NCBI GenBank assembly: GCA_045863395.1 | Contig: BTVJ01000063.1 | Coordinates: 1 to 41,573 of the forward strand | Direction of reading: 5' to 3' | DNA: 41,573 nt | Source of the DNA: Myxococcales bacterium | GTDB taxonomy: Bacteria > Myxococcota_A > UBA9042 > JABWCM01 > BTVJ01 | Part shown: one piece after another, positions 26,906-36,091 of the stretch | How positions within the stretch are numbered: the stretch's first letter is position 1 | Layout: the number at the start of each line of letters is the position of its first letter | Notes under the pieces: generated by a model | Seen by the model: only the letters and a program-made list of their open reading frames with translations | Database searches by the model: none | What the model was told of the DNA's origin: nothing | Made by a program: the position numbers and the translations under genes

Positions 26906-28075
26906 CTACTCGGCGGTGAACCGCCTGAACTGCAGCAGGTCGGCGGACGTCCCTCCCGCAACGGGGCTGACCAGGATGGTGAGGTCCTCGGGGCCCGTGC
27001 CCCAGACCTTCCCCAGCTCCAGAGCAGTGGCGTTGATGGGCTCCTTCCCCTTGCCGGTGTTGGTGAAGGCCAGGGCGTCCTCCTCGCGGACGCGGTCCCA
27101 GGCGAGGGCACCGTCCGTCATGCGCCACATCAGGAGGGGCTGAGTCTTGTTGCGGGTGACTGCGAGGGCACCGTCCGGCGCCCAGGCGAACACCCCCGGT
27201 AGCAGCGGTGCAACGATGCCCCCCGAGTCCAGGGCCCAGTCGCCGGCCTCGTAGCGAAGGATCTTCGGGCTCCAGCCGACGGCGAAGACCGGCCCACCCG
27301 CTGCGCCATGCACCGCCTCCAGCTTGAACGCCTGGTCTGGCGCGTACCGGTTCCATGTGAAGCCCTTGCCCCAGATGACGTTCGTGCCTGACGTGATCCA
27401 GGCGCGCTGCTCCGCGTCGACCCAGATGGAAGAGACGGACGTGTCGGTGGGGCTGCCGCCATTGCGGGCGAGGTCCTTCACCGGGGACCACTCCAACCCA
27501 TCGAAGTGCCAGAGGGTGCCGCTCACTCCGCCCGCGTAGATGTCGTCGGGCGCGCCACCGCCCACGGCGAGGAAGTCGGGCAGGTTCGGGTAGAGCCCGT
27601 ACTCTGCGGCGTCGGTCCAGCCACCGGTGGTTGCGTCGTAGTGGCGGATGATCCCCCCGTCGCCCGCCACGACCATGGTCGCGTCGTCGTGGGCCCACAC
27701 CCCGTTGATGCTGTTGGCGATGCCGAGGTTGCGCCACACCGGGGTGACGCCATCGTACACGCCGACCACCCCGTTGGTGCCGCACAGCGCCACGACCGAC
27801 GTGCCGTCTTCGCGGACGTACCCGGTCAGGTCCTTCCAGGTCGCGCTCTCGCCCAGCTCCACGAGGCGCCAGACCGGGTCTCCCGTCAGCACGGGCCCGG
27901 CCGTGTCCTCTCCGGCGCTGGTATCACTGTCGACGACGTCCTCGCCCGGCTTCGTCCCGCCGCCGTTGCCGCCGGGCTTCGACGTCGCGCCCGTGGGGTT
28001 GGTGTCGCTCTCGCACGAAGGGGCCCCGATCACCGCTGCGAGTAGCGCAATGGCGATCTGCCGTTGTTTCCGCAT
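26906..28075 (-). CDS. Beta-propeller (BNR/WD40-like repeat) lipoprotein
   Basis: Start ATG 28075 (GAGGA RBS). IAIALLAAVIGAPSC lipobox-like; repeats such as INGVWA...VVAGDGGIIRHYD, IYAGGVSGTLWHFDGLEW, VWGTGPED. Confidence 0.8.
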   Translation of the reverse strand: MRKQRQIAIALLAAVIGAPSCESDTNPTGATSKPGGNGGGTKPGEDVVDSDTSAGEDTAGPVLTGDPVWRLVELGESATWKDLTGYVREDGTSVVALCGTNGVVGVYDGVTPVWRNLGIANSINGVWAHDDATMVVAGDGGIIRHYDATTGGWTDAAEYGLYPNLPDFLAVGGGAPDDIYAGGVSGTLWHFDGLEWSPVKDLARNGGSPTDTSVSSIWVDAEQRAWITSGTNVIWGKGFTWNRYAPDQAFKLEAVHGAAGGPVFAVGWSPKILRYEAGDWALDSGGIVAPLLPGVFAWAPDGALAVTRNKTQPLLMWRMTDGALAWDRVREEDALAFTNTGKGKEPINATALELGKVWGTGPEDLTILVSPVAGGTSADLLQFRRFTAE

Positions 28076-28121
28076 CTTGTCCTCGGTTGCAGTGGCCCGT
28101 GCACGCTCGGCCAGGGCTGGG

Positions 28122-28151
28122 AGCATAGCAGCGGGTGGCGCGCCGCGTCAA
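28122..28151 (-). promoter_or_regulatory. Sigma-70 promoter for the propeller lipoprotein gene
   Basis: Minus strand TTGACG-N18-TATGCT with extended TGn -10. Confidence 0.5.
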
Positions 28152-28213
28152 AACGTGCCGTGCCCCGCCTGGTCCCCCCCTGCACCGGAGCGTGAAGCAT
28201 CCCGCCACGAGCT

Positions 28214-28242
28214 TTGATCTCCCGGCTTCATCGCGCTAGGTT
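28214..28242 (+). promoter_or_regulatory. Sigma-70 promoter (leaderless) for the hypothetical gene at 28251
   Basis: TTGATC-N17-TAGGTT-N8-ATG, no Shine-Dalgarno. Confidence 0.55.
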
Positions 28243-28250
28243 GGGCGCCC

Positions 28251-28703
28251 ATGAGGCCGTCCATCTCGAAGAGCGAAGCCCGGGTGATCGTTGAAGCGCT
28301 GCACGAGCGCTGGGGCACCTGGGTGCGGCACGACGAGCGGTTCTCGGTGGCGGGCGAGACAGATCCGCACGAGGCCCGCGTCACCTTGACCTTGGAGCGC
28401 GCCGACGGCTCCATGCGCCTCCAGCTGGAGGCTCGTCTGGACCGGGCCCTGTCGCCCGAGCGCGACGCGGAGGAGTGCACCCACCTGCTCCTCGATGTCC
28501 TGGACGCGTGGGTGGGACAGTACCTGGAGTCGGACCGCCTGGACCGCCTGCCGCTGGACTGGACGGACGCGGAGTGGGGCACGTCCACGGTCCAGGCAGT
28601 CCAGGTCCGAGGCGAGCGCAGCAACCCAGCCGCCGAGGCCGCTGCGGAGGCGTGGCTCTCAGCCAACGGTGAAGGGCTGGACGACGCAGACGATTCGGAA
28701 TAA
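28251..28703 (+). CDS. Hypothetical acidic protein (150 aa)
   Basis: Protein-like composition and GC3 bias, promoter directly upstream, fills the gap between genes; no family recognised. Confidence 0.75.
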   Translation: MRPSISKSEARVIVEALHERWGTWVRHDERFSVAGETDPHEARVTLTLERADGSMRLQLEARLDRALSPERDAEECTHLLLDVLDAWVGQYLESDRLDRLPLDWTDAEWGTSTVQAVQVRGERSNPAAEAAAEAWLSANGEGLDDADDSE

Positions 28704-28788
28704 ACACGCGCGCGAAGGACTTCGTGGACGGTGGCCCCGCAGGGCCCCGCCGCCCCCTGCGACGCGCCGCGATCATACAGGAGCAGAC

Positions 28789-31272
28789 ATGACCGACACC
28801 GCCGGGAACCACACGCCAGCGACGCGCCGCGGCTTGCTGTACGCCGTCCTCGCCTTGCTCGTCGCCGGCATCGGGGTCGCGTCGTACCTCGTCTACGCCA
28901 AGCTGCGGCTGGAGTACGACCCAGCCTTCCAGAGCGCCTGCAACTTCGGCTCGAAGCTCAACTGCGACGTCGTCCAGACCTCCGCGTGGTCCACGCTGCT
29001 CGGGCTGCCCATCGCGCTCTTCGCCATCCCCACGTACCTCGCGATGCTGTGGCTGACGCTGCTCGCCCTGCGCACCCGGCCCACGCGCACGGAGCCCCGC
29101 GCCCCGGAGATCGGGCGCCAGGCGCTGCACCTGCTCGGCGGCATCGCGACCCTCACCGTTGCCCACGCCGCGTACCTGGGGTCCATCTCCATGACGCAGC
29201 TCGGGACCCTATGCCCCTTCTGCATGGCGCTCTACGCCGTCAACCTGGGGTCCCTCGCGCTCGCGTTCTTCGCAGCGCGGGAGGGGGTCGGCGCGTTCGT
29301 AGGTGGCATCGTTCGCGTGGTGGGTGGTTTCCGCAAGCCGCTCGTGTCGGTGGTGACAGTGGTCATCGTGGGCTTCCTGTCCTCTCACGTCTGGTACACG
29401 GTGACCCGCGACGGCATGGTCGCGGAGTTCAAAGAGAAGCTCGATGCCCAGATCGCGGCGGAGTTCGACGGCGAGTACGAGCTGGTCGACGTGCCCGCCG
29501 AGCCCGTGGCGGTCGCGGCGCCCGCGCCGGGCGGGGCCATGCAAGGCAGCGCCACGCAGGGCGGCACCCAGGCGGCGACCCCGGAGCCGGCCACGCGAAC
29601 GGTGCGCCGCGTCAAGAAGCCCGTCGCCAAGATGACCGACAACGGCCTGTCCTTCTACGAGGCGCCGGTAGGTGCAGACGACTTCCCGCTCGGACCCGAG
29701 ACCGCCAAGGTCACGGTGGTCAAGTTCGCGGACTTCCAGTGCGGCTACTGCCGCATCCTGGACCTGAACATGCGCCCGCTCCACAAGAAGTGGGGCGACC
29801 AGGTGCGCTGGGTGATGAAGCACTACCCGATGAACGCGGACTGCAACCCGCGCATGGGCGGCGACCGGATGCACGAGCACGCGTGCACCGCGAGCTATGG
29901 GGCCTACTGCGCGGGCGTCCAGGGCAAGTTCCTGGAGATGCACGACAAGCTCTACGACAACCAGCAGCGACTCGATCTGGAGAGCGTCAAGGGCTACGCA
30001 CGCGATCTGGGCCTCGACATGGCGAAGTGGGAGGCCTGCCTAGGCGAGCCGGCGACGAAGGCCAAGATTCAGGCGGACATCGCCGCCGCGAGCAAGGCGG
30101 GGATCTACGGGACGCCCCGCGCCTACGTCAACGGGCGCCTGATCAGCGGCTCCGCGGGCAAGGAGATCATCGACTACTACATTCAGAAGTCCATCGAGAT
30201 GGACGACGCCGAGGAGCAGGTGGTCGTCGCCGCTGCTCCGCAGGACCAGGTGCAGGCGAAGACCGCGGGCAGCACGTTCTGGATCGATGCCTACGAGGGC
30301 TCCATCGATGCCCAGGGGCGGGCGGTCAGTGTCGCGGGCGTGGCGCCGGCCCAGGTGAGCTGGTACGACGCCAAGGCCGCGTGCGAGAAGGCAGGAAAGC
30401 GCATGTGTACGGAGGAGGAGTGGGTGTCCGCCTGCACGGGCACGCCGGCCGTCGACAACAACGGCAACGGCTTCTTCGCCGACGACGACGTGGAGGGCCG
30501 TATGTATCCGTACGGCGTCTTCTACGAGAAGGGCACCTGCCGCGACACGGAGGACGAGTACAAGGGCGAGCCCGGCAAGACCGGCGCCAGCCAGGACTGT
30601 CGCACCCCCGACGGCATCTTCGACCTGGCGGGCAACCTGATGGAGTGGGTCGGCCAGGAGGAGTCGGCGGCGTCCCTGGAGGGCGGCGACTGGCGCGGCG
30701 GGGAGCGCGCCGCCTGCAACCGCCGGACGACGACCTTCGGGCCCGGGGTGCGCAACAACACCACGGGCTTCCGCTGCTGCTCGGACCAGCGCGTAGAGCA
30801 GAAGCCCGTGGAGGCGGCGCAGCTCGTGGAGGCGGGCGGGGACGTCATCGGCAAGCCGCTCCCCCCCATCGACCTGGAGACCACGGCCGGGGGGCGCTTC
30901 ACGACGGCCATGACCAAGGGCAAGGTCACCTACCTGACCTTCTTTGCGTCGTGGTGCGGGTCGTGCAAGCGCGAGCTGCCCCAGCTCGGCGACTGGGCCG
31001 ACAAGCTGAAGGACCGCGGCTTCCAGGTGGTCGCGGTCGGCGTGGATCGCAACTCGGCCCAGTCCAAGACCTTCGCCGAGCAGTTCAACCCGACCTACCC
31101 CGTGGCGCTGGACCCGGAGGCAAAGGTCATGGGCATGTTCGACATCAACGCCATGCCCACGTCCTTCCTCATCGACAGGCAGGGCATCGTCCGGCAGCGC
31201 GAGGTGGGCTTCAAGGCGGAGGAGGTCGCCTTGATCCTGCGGCGCATCGAGAGCCTGCTCGACCAGAAGTAG
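28789..31272 (+). CDS. Multidomain thiol-disulfide oxidoreductase: VKOR + DsbA-like + FGE-sulfatase-like + TlpA-like thioredoxin
   Basis: Start ATG 28789 (AGGAG RBS). VKOR: loop CNFGSKLNC, VQTSAWS, CPFC, several TM helices. DsbA: FADFQCGYC, GTP cis-Pro loop. FGE-like: VSWYDAKAAC, EEEW, YPYG, DLAGNLMEW, GFRCC. TlpA: FFASWCGSCKRELP, AMPTSFLIDRQG. Confidence 0.92.
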   Translation: MTDTAGNHTPATRRGLLYAVLALLVAGIGVASYLVYAKLRLEYDPAFQSACNFGSKLNCDVVQTSAWSTLLGLPIALFAIPTYLAMLWLTLLALRTRPTRTEPRAPEIGRQALHLLGGIATLTVAHAAYLGSISMTQLGTLCPFCMALYAVNLGSLALAFFAAREGVGAFVGGIVRVVGGFRKPLVSVVTVVIVGFLSSHVWYTVTRDGMVAEFKEKLDAQIAAEFDGEYELVDVPAEPVAVAAPAPGGAMQGSATQGGTQAATPEPATRTVRRVKKPVAKMTDNGLSFYEAPVGADDFPLGPETAKVTVVKFADFQCGYCRILDLNMRPLHKKWGDQVRWVMKHYPMNADCNPRMGGDRMHEHACTASYGAYCAGVQGKFLEMHDKLYDNQQRLDLESVKGYARDLGLDMAKWEACLGEPATKAKIQADIAAASKAGIYGTPRAYVNGRLISGSAGKEIIDYYIQKSIEMDDAEEQVVVAAAPQDQVQAKTAGSTFWIDAYEGSIDAQGRAVSVAGVAPAQVSWYDAKAACEKAGKRMCTEEEWVSACTGTPAVDNNGNGFFADDDVEGRMYPYGVFYEKGTCRDTEDEYKGEPGKTGASQDCRTPDGIFDLAGNLMEWVGQEESAASLEGGDWRGGERAACNRRTTTFGPGVRNNTTGFRCCSDQRVEQKPVEAAQLVEAGGDVIGKPLPPIDLETTAGGRFTTAMTKGKVTYLTFFASWCGSCKRELPQLGDWADKLKDRGFQVVAVGVDRNSAQSKTFAEQFNPTYPVALDPEAKVMGMFDINAMPTSFLIDRQGIVRQREVGFKAEEVALILRRIESLLDQK

Positions 31273-31304
31273 CGCGCAGCCCCCTCCCTGTTCAAAGCAC
31301 CGTC

Positions 31305-31333
31305 TGGAAGCGGTGACCACCGTCTGGTAGCGT
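31305..31333 (+). promoter_or_regulatory. Sigma-70-like promoter (leaderless) for the Cys-rich lipoprotein gene
   Basis: TGGAAG-N17-TAGCGT (TGn-extended), N7, ATG 31341; no SD. Confidence 0.45.
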
Positions 31334-31340
31334 CCCGCCC

Positions 31341-33272
31341 ATGAGACACCACACGATGTTCCTATGGCTCACCGTCGCGGCGTGCGGCGGCGATCCGGTC
31401 GTCACGGCATCGGGCGGGACCGGCACAGCGGACTCAGGCGGCCCGAACTACGGGACCCCCGGCGTGCAGACCGACGTCGGTACGGGCGCGCCGGACGCCG
31501 GCCCCCCGGACACGGGTCCCGCGGCGCCGGAGGACACTGGTCCCCCACCGGACGCGGAGGCTGTGACGGACACGGGCACGAGCTGCCCCGCTGGGAGTCC
31601 GTGCAACGACGGCGACCTGTGCACGGTGAACGACCAGTGCCAGGGCGGCGCGTGCGCGGGCACGCCCATCCCCTGCAACGACGGCCTGCCGTGTACTCAA
31701 GATGGGTGTGCGGACGGAGTATGCACGAAGACGATCCTCCCCGGCTTCTGCGTGATCGAGGGCACCTGCTGGACCGAGAGCCAGCCCTCGCCTGGCGACC
31801 CGTGCAAGCGGTGCCTGCCGAATCAGGCGCCGGACTCCTGGTCCGCGGCCCTGGGAAAGGCCTGCGACGACGGAGACCCCTGTACCGGTGACGACGTGTG
31901 TGGCCCCGGCGGTTGTGCCGGCGACCCGACGGACTGCGACGACGGGAACCCATGCACCACGGACGGCTGCGGAGGCGGGGGGTGTACGCACGCGCCGCTC
32001 GTCGGCCCGTGCACCCTGGACGACGCAAGTCCGTGCGTCGCTGGCGCGTGCGACAAGGGCACCTGTGTGGCGGGCCCGGTGAGCGGTCCTTGCGCGCTGG
32101 ACGACGGCAACCCCTGCACCACTGGTGAATGCAGCGAGGGAGCCTGCATTGCGACACCCGTTGCGGGCCCCTGCGACGACGGCGCCGTGTGCACCATCGG
32201 TGACACCTGCGTGGGCGGCGCGTGCAAGCCCGGTCCGCTCAAAGACAAGGACGGCGACGGCTACCCGGACATGGCCTGTGGCGGGAGCGACTGCAGCGAC
32301 GCCGACAAAGCCGTCAACCCAGGCGTCGCGGAGGTGTGTGGCAACGGCGTCGACGACGACTGCGATGGCCTGACCGACCAGCAGGACGAGGTAGGGTGCC
32401 CGTCCAACATCTCGTGTGGCTACCACACGGACTGCTACCCGGAGCGCCTGTGCGGGCTCTGGCCAACGGAGGGCGTCAAGCGGTGCAGCGACCCGTGCGG
32501 CGGCCCAGCCGACTGCAAAGCGGGCCAGATCTGCGTCCACATGCCGGGCAGCGCCAACGTCTCGTTCTGCCGGCCGCCCGTCAACGCTGGCGCCGGGGCC
32601 AACGACTCCTCCTGCGTCGACGGCTGGCAGTGCCAGAGCGAGGTCTGCGCGGATCACACGTGCGTCAGCACATGCTCCGGCGACACCCACTGCACCCAGG
32701 TCGCCCACGTGTGTCACCCGGCGGGTGACATCCAGCTCGGCTTCCAGGGGGTCTGCTCCCCGACGTCCACGTTCCCGCAGGGGCTGCCCGACGGGCAGGC
32801 CTGTGGCGGCAACTCGGCGGTGTGCCAGAGCGGGCACTGCGATCTGCTGTCGACCAACGGCAAGTGCGCGCCCCTGTGCGTCACGGACGACGAGTGCCAG
32901 TACGCGCAGCAGTGCAACATCGTGCTGCACTCCACCAAGCCCATCGCGGAGACGGTCCCCTATGACCCGCAGTTCCAGACCAAGACCTACGACGCCGTCC
33001 TGGGGTGCTTCAACCGAGCCTCCAGCACGACGGCGCCCTCGGGATCGGTGTGTACGCAGAACAGCCAGTGCCGCAGCGGCAAGTGCCTCAACCTGAAGCC
33101 AGCGCCGAACACCACGATGTGGTGCACGAACTTCTGCGCCACGGACAAGGACTGCCCCGCGACGATGCAGTGCAAGATCGAGGCGATCACCCTGGCCAAC
33201 GCCTTCCTCCAGAGCATGGGGACGGCGCTCCCGGGCGGTCACTCGATGGTGCGGATCTGCAAGTTCAAATAG
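31341..33272 (+). CDS. Cys-rich surface lipoprotein with CDDGxPCTxDxC repeats and one MopE-type motif
   Basis: FLWLTVAAC lipobox; Pro/Asp/Thr linker; repeated CDDGNPCTTDGC; DCSDADKAVNPGVAEVCGNGVDDDCDG; Cys-rich C-terminal domain. Confidence 0.88.
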   Translation: MRHHTMFLWLTVAACGGDPVVTASGGTGTADSGGPNYGTPGVQTDVGTGAPDAGPPDTGPAAPEDTGPPPDAEAVTDTGTSCPAGSPCNDGDLCTVNDQCQGGACAGTPIPCNDGLPCTQDGCADGVCTKTILPGFCVIEGTCWTESQPSPGDPCKRCLPNQAPDSWSAALGKACDDGDPCTGDDVCGPGGCAGDPTDCDDGNPCTTDGCGGGGCTHAPLVGPCTLDDASPCVAGACDKGTCVAGPVSGPCALDDGNPCTTGECSEGACIATPVAGPCDDGAVCTIGDTCVGGACKPGPLKDKDGDGYPDMACGGSDCSDADKAVNPGVAEVCGNGVDDDCDGLTDQQDEVGCPSNISCGYHTDCYPERLCGLWPTEGVKRCSDPCGGPADCKAGQICVHMPGSANVSFCRPPVNAGAGANDSSCVDGWQCQSEVCADHTCVSTCSGDTHCTQVAHVCHPAGDIQLGFQGVCSPTSTFPQGLPDGQACGGNSAVCQSGHCDLLSTNGKCAPLCVTDDECQYAQQCNIVLHSTKPIAETVPYDPQFQTKTYDAVLGCFNRASSTTAPSGSVCTQNSQCRSGKCLNLKPAPNTTMWCTNFCATDKDCPATMQCKIEAITLANAFLQSMGTALPGGHSMVRICKFK

Positions 33273-33287
33273 CCCGTCCGGAGCCCT

Positions 33288-36029
33288 CTACGAGTCTCCC
33301 CACTTCAACGTGTACGGCGTGCAGGTCGCGGTGCCGCTCTTCTTGTAGACGCGGATGTCGACGTAGCCAGACTCGTCCCCCGTCCCGAGCCAGCTACAGC
33401 TCGGGCCGAGGCGCACGGTCTCGGACTGGGAGCCCGTCGCTGTGGAGCAGCAGCCGGCGGTCCCCGCCTTGGGGCCCGACACCTTCGTGCCCGTGAGGCA
33501 GTCCAGGTCCACCGAGGAGCCGTTGTTGCACTCGAAGTAGGCGCAGAGGTCGTAGTCCACGCCCGAGGGCACCGCCAGCTCCACCTGGGGCTCCACGTCG
33601 CAGCCCGCGTTGTCGCTGACCTTGAAGTAGAACCAGTCCTCGTCTCCCTGCGGGTAGAGCGTGGCGCTGAGCGAGTACTTTCCGGCTGCGTCGCAGTCCG
33701 AGGTGTTGGTGATCGACTTGCCGACGTAGCCGTTGTTCGGCTCGTACGTGTCCGTCATCGGGGTGCCGCCGCACACGCCGGCCGTGCAGGTGTCGTTGGT
33801 GGTGCAGGAGTTGTTGTCGTTGCAGCTCGCCGTCTTCGGCTGGGCCTTGCATGCGCCCCCGATGCACACACCCGTGTTGCACTGGTCCGTGAAGCTGCTG
33901 CAGTTGAGCGCCGTGCCGACGCACTGCCCGCCGACGCACTTGTCGCCCGTGGTGCAGGAGTCGCCGTCGTTGCAGGTGTTGTTGACCGGGCTCTTGACGC
34001 AGGTCCCCGACGAGCACACGCCCGCGTTGCACGAGTCGCTCAGCGACGAGCAGTCCTTGGGGGTGCCGGCGCAGGTCCCGTTGAAGCACGCGTCGTTCAC
34101 CGTGCAGGAGTCGCCGTCGTTGCAGGAGCCGGGCTTGGGGAGCTTGCCGCAGGTCCCCCCCGAGCAGATGCCCACGTTGCAGGCATCCGTCTGGGCGCTG
34201 CAGTCCTTCGCCGTACCCTTGCACTCCCCCTGGACGCACTGGTCGTTGTCCGTGCAGGCGTCCTGGTCGTCGCAGGGGCCGCTGACGTTCTGCGACGTGC
34301 ACTGGCCGGCCTGGCACACTCCCTTGGTGCACGGCGTGTCCCAGGCGCTGCAGTCCTTCGTCGTGCCCACACACACGCCGGCGACGCACTGGTCGCTCGT
34401 CGTACACGGGTTGTCGTCATTGCAGCCCCCGGGGACCGGCGACTTCGTGCACGCGCCGCCGACGCAGATCCCCAAGTTGCAGGCATCTCCGAGGCTGGAG
34501 CAGTCGATGGGCTTCCCTTTGCACAGCCCGCCGTTGCAGGTGTCCTGGAGAGTGCACGGATCTCCATCATCGCACGCGGCGCCTTCGGACGGAGTCCAGT
34601 CCGTGGTGGAGGCGCTCGGGGCGCACATCAGGCAGCCTCCTCCGGGCTTGGTGGCGCCGGCGGTGACGCACTGCCCCGCGATGAGGCACGCGCCGGCAGC
34701 GACGGCCGCGGTACAACCGCCCAGCCCGTCACAGGCGTCGTTCGTGCAGGGGAGCCCGTCGTCACACGTATACTTCGTGCCGGCGCAGGCGCCGCCGCCA
34801 CACACGTCGCCCTTGGTGCAGGGGTCGCCGTCGTCACAAGACACACCGTCCGCAGGGCTCCACGTTGTCGTCGACACGGACGGCTCGCACTTCTGGCAGG
34901 GGTTCTGGGGGTTGCTGGCCCCTGCCTGGACGCACGCGCCCACGATCAAGCAGGAACCCGCGGAGATCGGATGCTTGCAGGTCCCCGTGTCGGTGCAGAC
35001 GTCATCGGTGCATGGAATCTCGTCGTCACAGGTGTCCTCGTCGGCCTGGCCGTCACAGTCGTCGTCCAGGGTGTTGCACGTCTCGGCCTTTGGACTGGCC
35101 GCGGTGCAAGCGACCGTGGCGCCGTCGCAATAGGTCACCCCGTCACACGCGCCCCCCGGGCCCTGCGCCGTGCAGGGCTCGGCCGCGATGTCGTCCACGA
35201 CGCCGTTGCAGTCGTCGTCTGCGCTGTTGCATGTCTCCGCCGCCGGAGCCTTCGCGTCGCAGGCGGTGAGCCCCGTCGCCTCGCAGCGCCGCGTCCCCAG
35301 GCAGGTACCATGCTCGTTGGTCACCGAGCAGGCAGTCTGTAGACCGAGCTGGACCGCCAGCTTGGAGCACGCGCAGGCCCCGCCCGGGACACACTGCGGC
35401 GACGGCAGCCCCTCGCTCCGGCACGTGTAGCCCGAAGGACAGTCGGGGTCCGCCTTGCACGCGGTCCCGCAGAACGAGCCCGCGCCGTCGTCATGGGCGA
35501 CGCACGCGTTCGCCTGGCCCACGAAGCCACAGTCCTTGCTGTCCATACACGGGTCGCACAAGAACGGGAACGGTGGCTCGCAGAGGTAGACCGATCCAGG
35601 CTCCAGTCCCGCCAGCGCCGAGCACTTCCAGCCTGCAGGACAGGAGTCCTGGCACGCCTGGGTGCACTTGTTCCCGTCCGCCGTCGGGAGGCAGTAGCCG
35701 CTCTGGCACTGTGCGTTGCTCTCGCAGTCGCAGAGGAACCCGCCGGCCTCCTCACAGCCGGCGACCGGGGGGGCCGCGTCCGTCTGGCTGTCCAGGGTCG
35801 AGACGTCTCCGCCCCCGAAGGTCGTGTCCTTGGTGCGCCCGGGGACCCCGCCGTCGGTCCAGGCCCCGATGTCGAAGAGCACACCCGCGTCGGCTCCTTG
35901 GATTGCGCCCACGTCCGCGTCGGCGCCGCCACCGCCCGGGGTCAGCCCCTCATCGCCACACGAGGTGGCGAGCGCAGCAGAGAACACCGCAAACAGGCCC
36001 CACACCCACACCGTCCATCGGGTCCGCAT
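33288..36029 (-). CDS. Very Cys-rich surface lipoprotein with 50-aa 8-Cys repeats and a PPC-like C-terminal domain
   Basis: Start ATG 36029 (GGAGG RBS). ALATSC lipobox; about 107 Cys by manual count; tandem CNDGDSCTxxDxCxxGxCxGTxxDC...C units; C-terminal DTYEPNN...GDEDWFYF. Confidence 0.9.
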   Translation of the reverse strand: MRTRWTVWVWGLFAVFSAALATSCGDEGLTPGGGGADADVGAIQGADAGVLFDIGAWTDGGVPGRTKDTTFGGGDVSTLDSQTDAAPPVAGCEEAGGFLCDCESNAQCQSGYCLPTADGNKCTQACQDSCPAGWKCSALAGLEPGSVYLCEPPFPFLCDPCMDSKDCGFVGQANACVAHDDGAGSFCGTACKADPDCPSGYTCRSEGLPSPQCVPGGACACSKLAVQLGLQTACSVTNEHGTCLGTRRCEATGLTACDAKAPAAETCNSADDDCNGVVDDIAAEPCTAQGPGGACDGVTYCDGATVACTAASPKAETCNTLDDDCDGQADEDTCDDEIPCTDDVCTDTGTCKHPISAGSCLIVGACVQAGASNPQNPCQKCEPSVSTTTWSPADGVSCDDGDPCTKGDVCGGGACAGTKYTCDDGLPCTNDACDGLGGCTAAVAAGACLIAGQCVTAGATKPGGGCLMCAPSASTTDWTPSEGAACDDGDPCTLQDTCNGGLCKGKPIDCSSLGDACNLGICVGGACTKSPVPGGCNDDNPCTTSDQCVAGVCVGTTKDCSAWDTPCTKGVCQAGQCTSQNVSGPCDDQDACTDNDQCVQGECKGTAKDCSAQTDACNVGICSGGTCGKLPKPGSCNDGDSCTVNDACFNGTCAGTPKDCSSLSDSCNAGVCSSGTCVKSPVNNTCNDGDSCTTGDKCVGGQCVGTALNCSSFTDQCNTGVCIGGACKAQPKTASCNDNNSCTTNDTCTAGVCGGTPMTDTYEPNNGYVGKSITNTSDCDAAGKYSLSATLYPQGDEDWFYFKVSDNAGCDVEPQVELAVPSGVDYDLCAYFECNNGSSVDLDCLTGTKVSGPKAGTAGCCSTATGSQSETVRLGPSCSWLGTGDESGYVDIRVYKKSGTATCTPYTLKWGDS

Positions 36030-36091
36030 CTCGATCCTCCGGTCGCACTTCCCGCGCAGAACCATACACGGAGCTGTGCGCCGTACAAAGA

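Noticed and set aside
30250..30790. FGE/C-type-lectin domain as a diversity-generating retroelement target
   Set aside because: I saw no second near-copy (template repeat) of the region before GFRCC and no reverse transcriptase in the window; the domain is also internal.
30250..30790. Genuine formylglycine-generating enzyme
   Set aside because: The catalytic Cys pair after the RGGS-like motif is not evident and no sulfatase is nearby.
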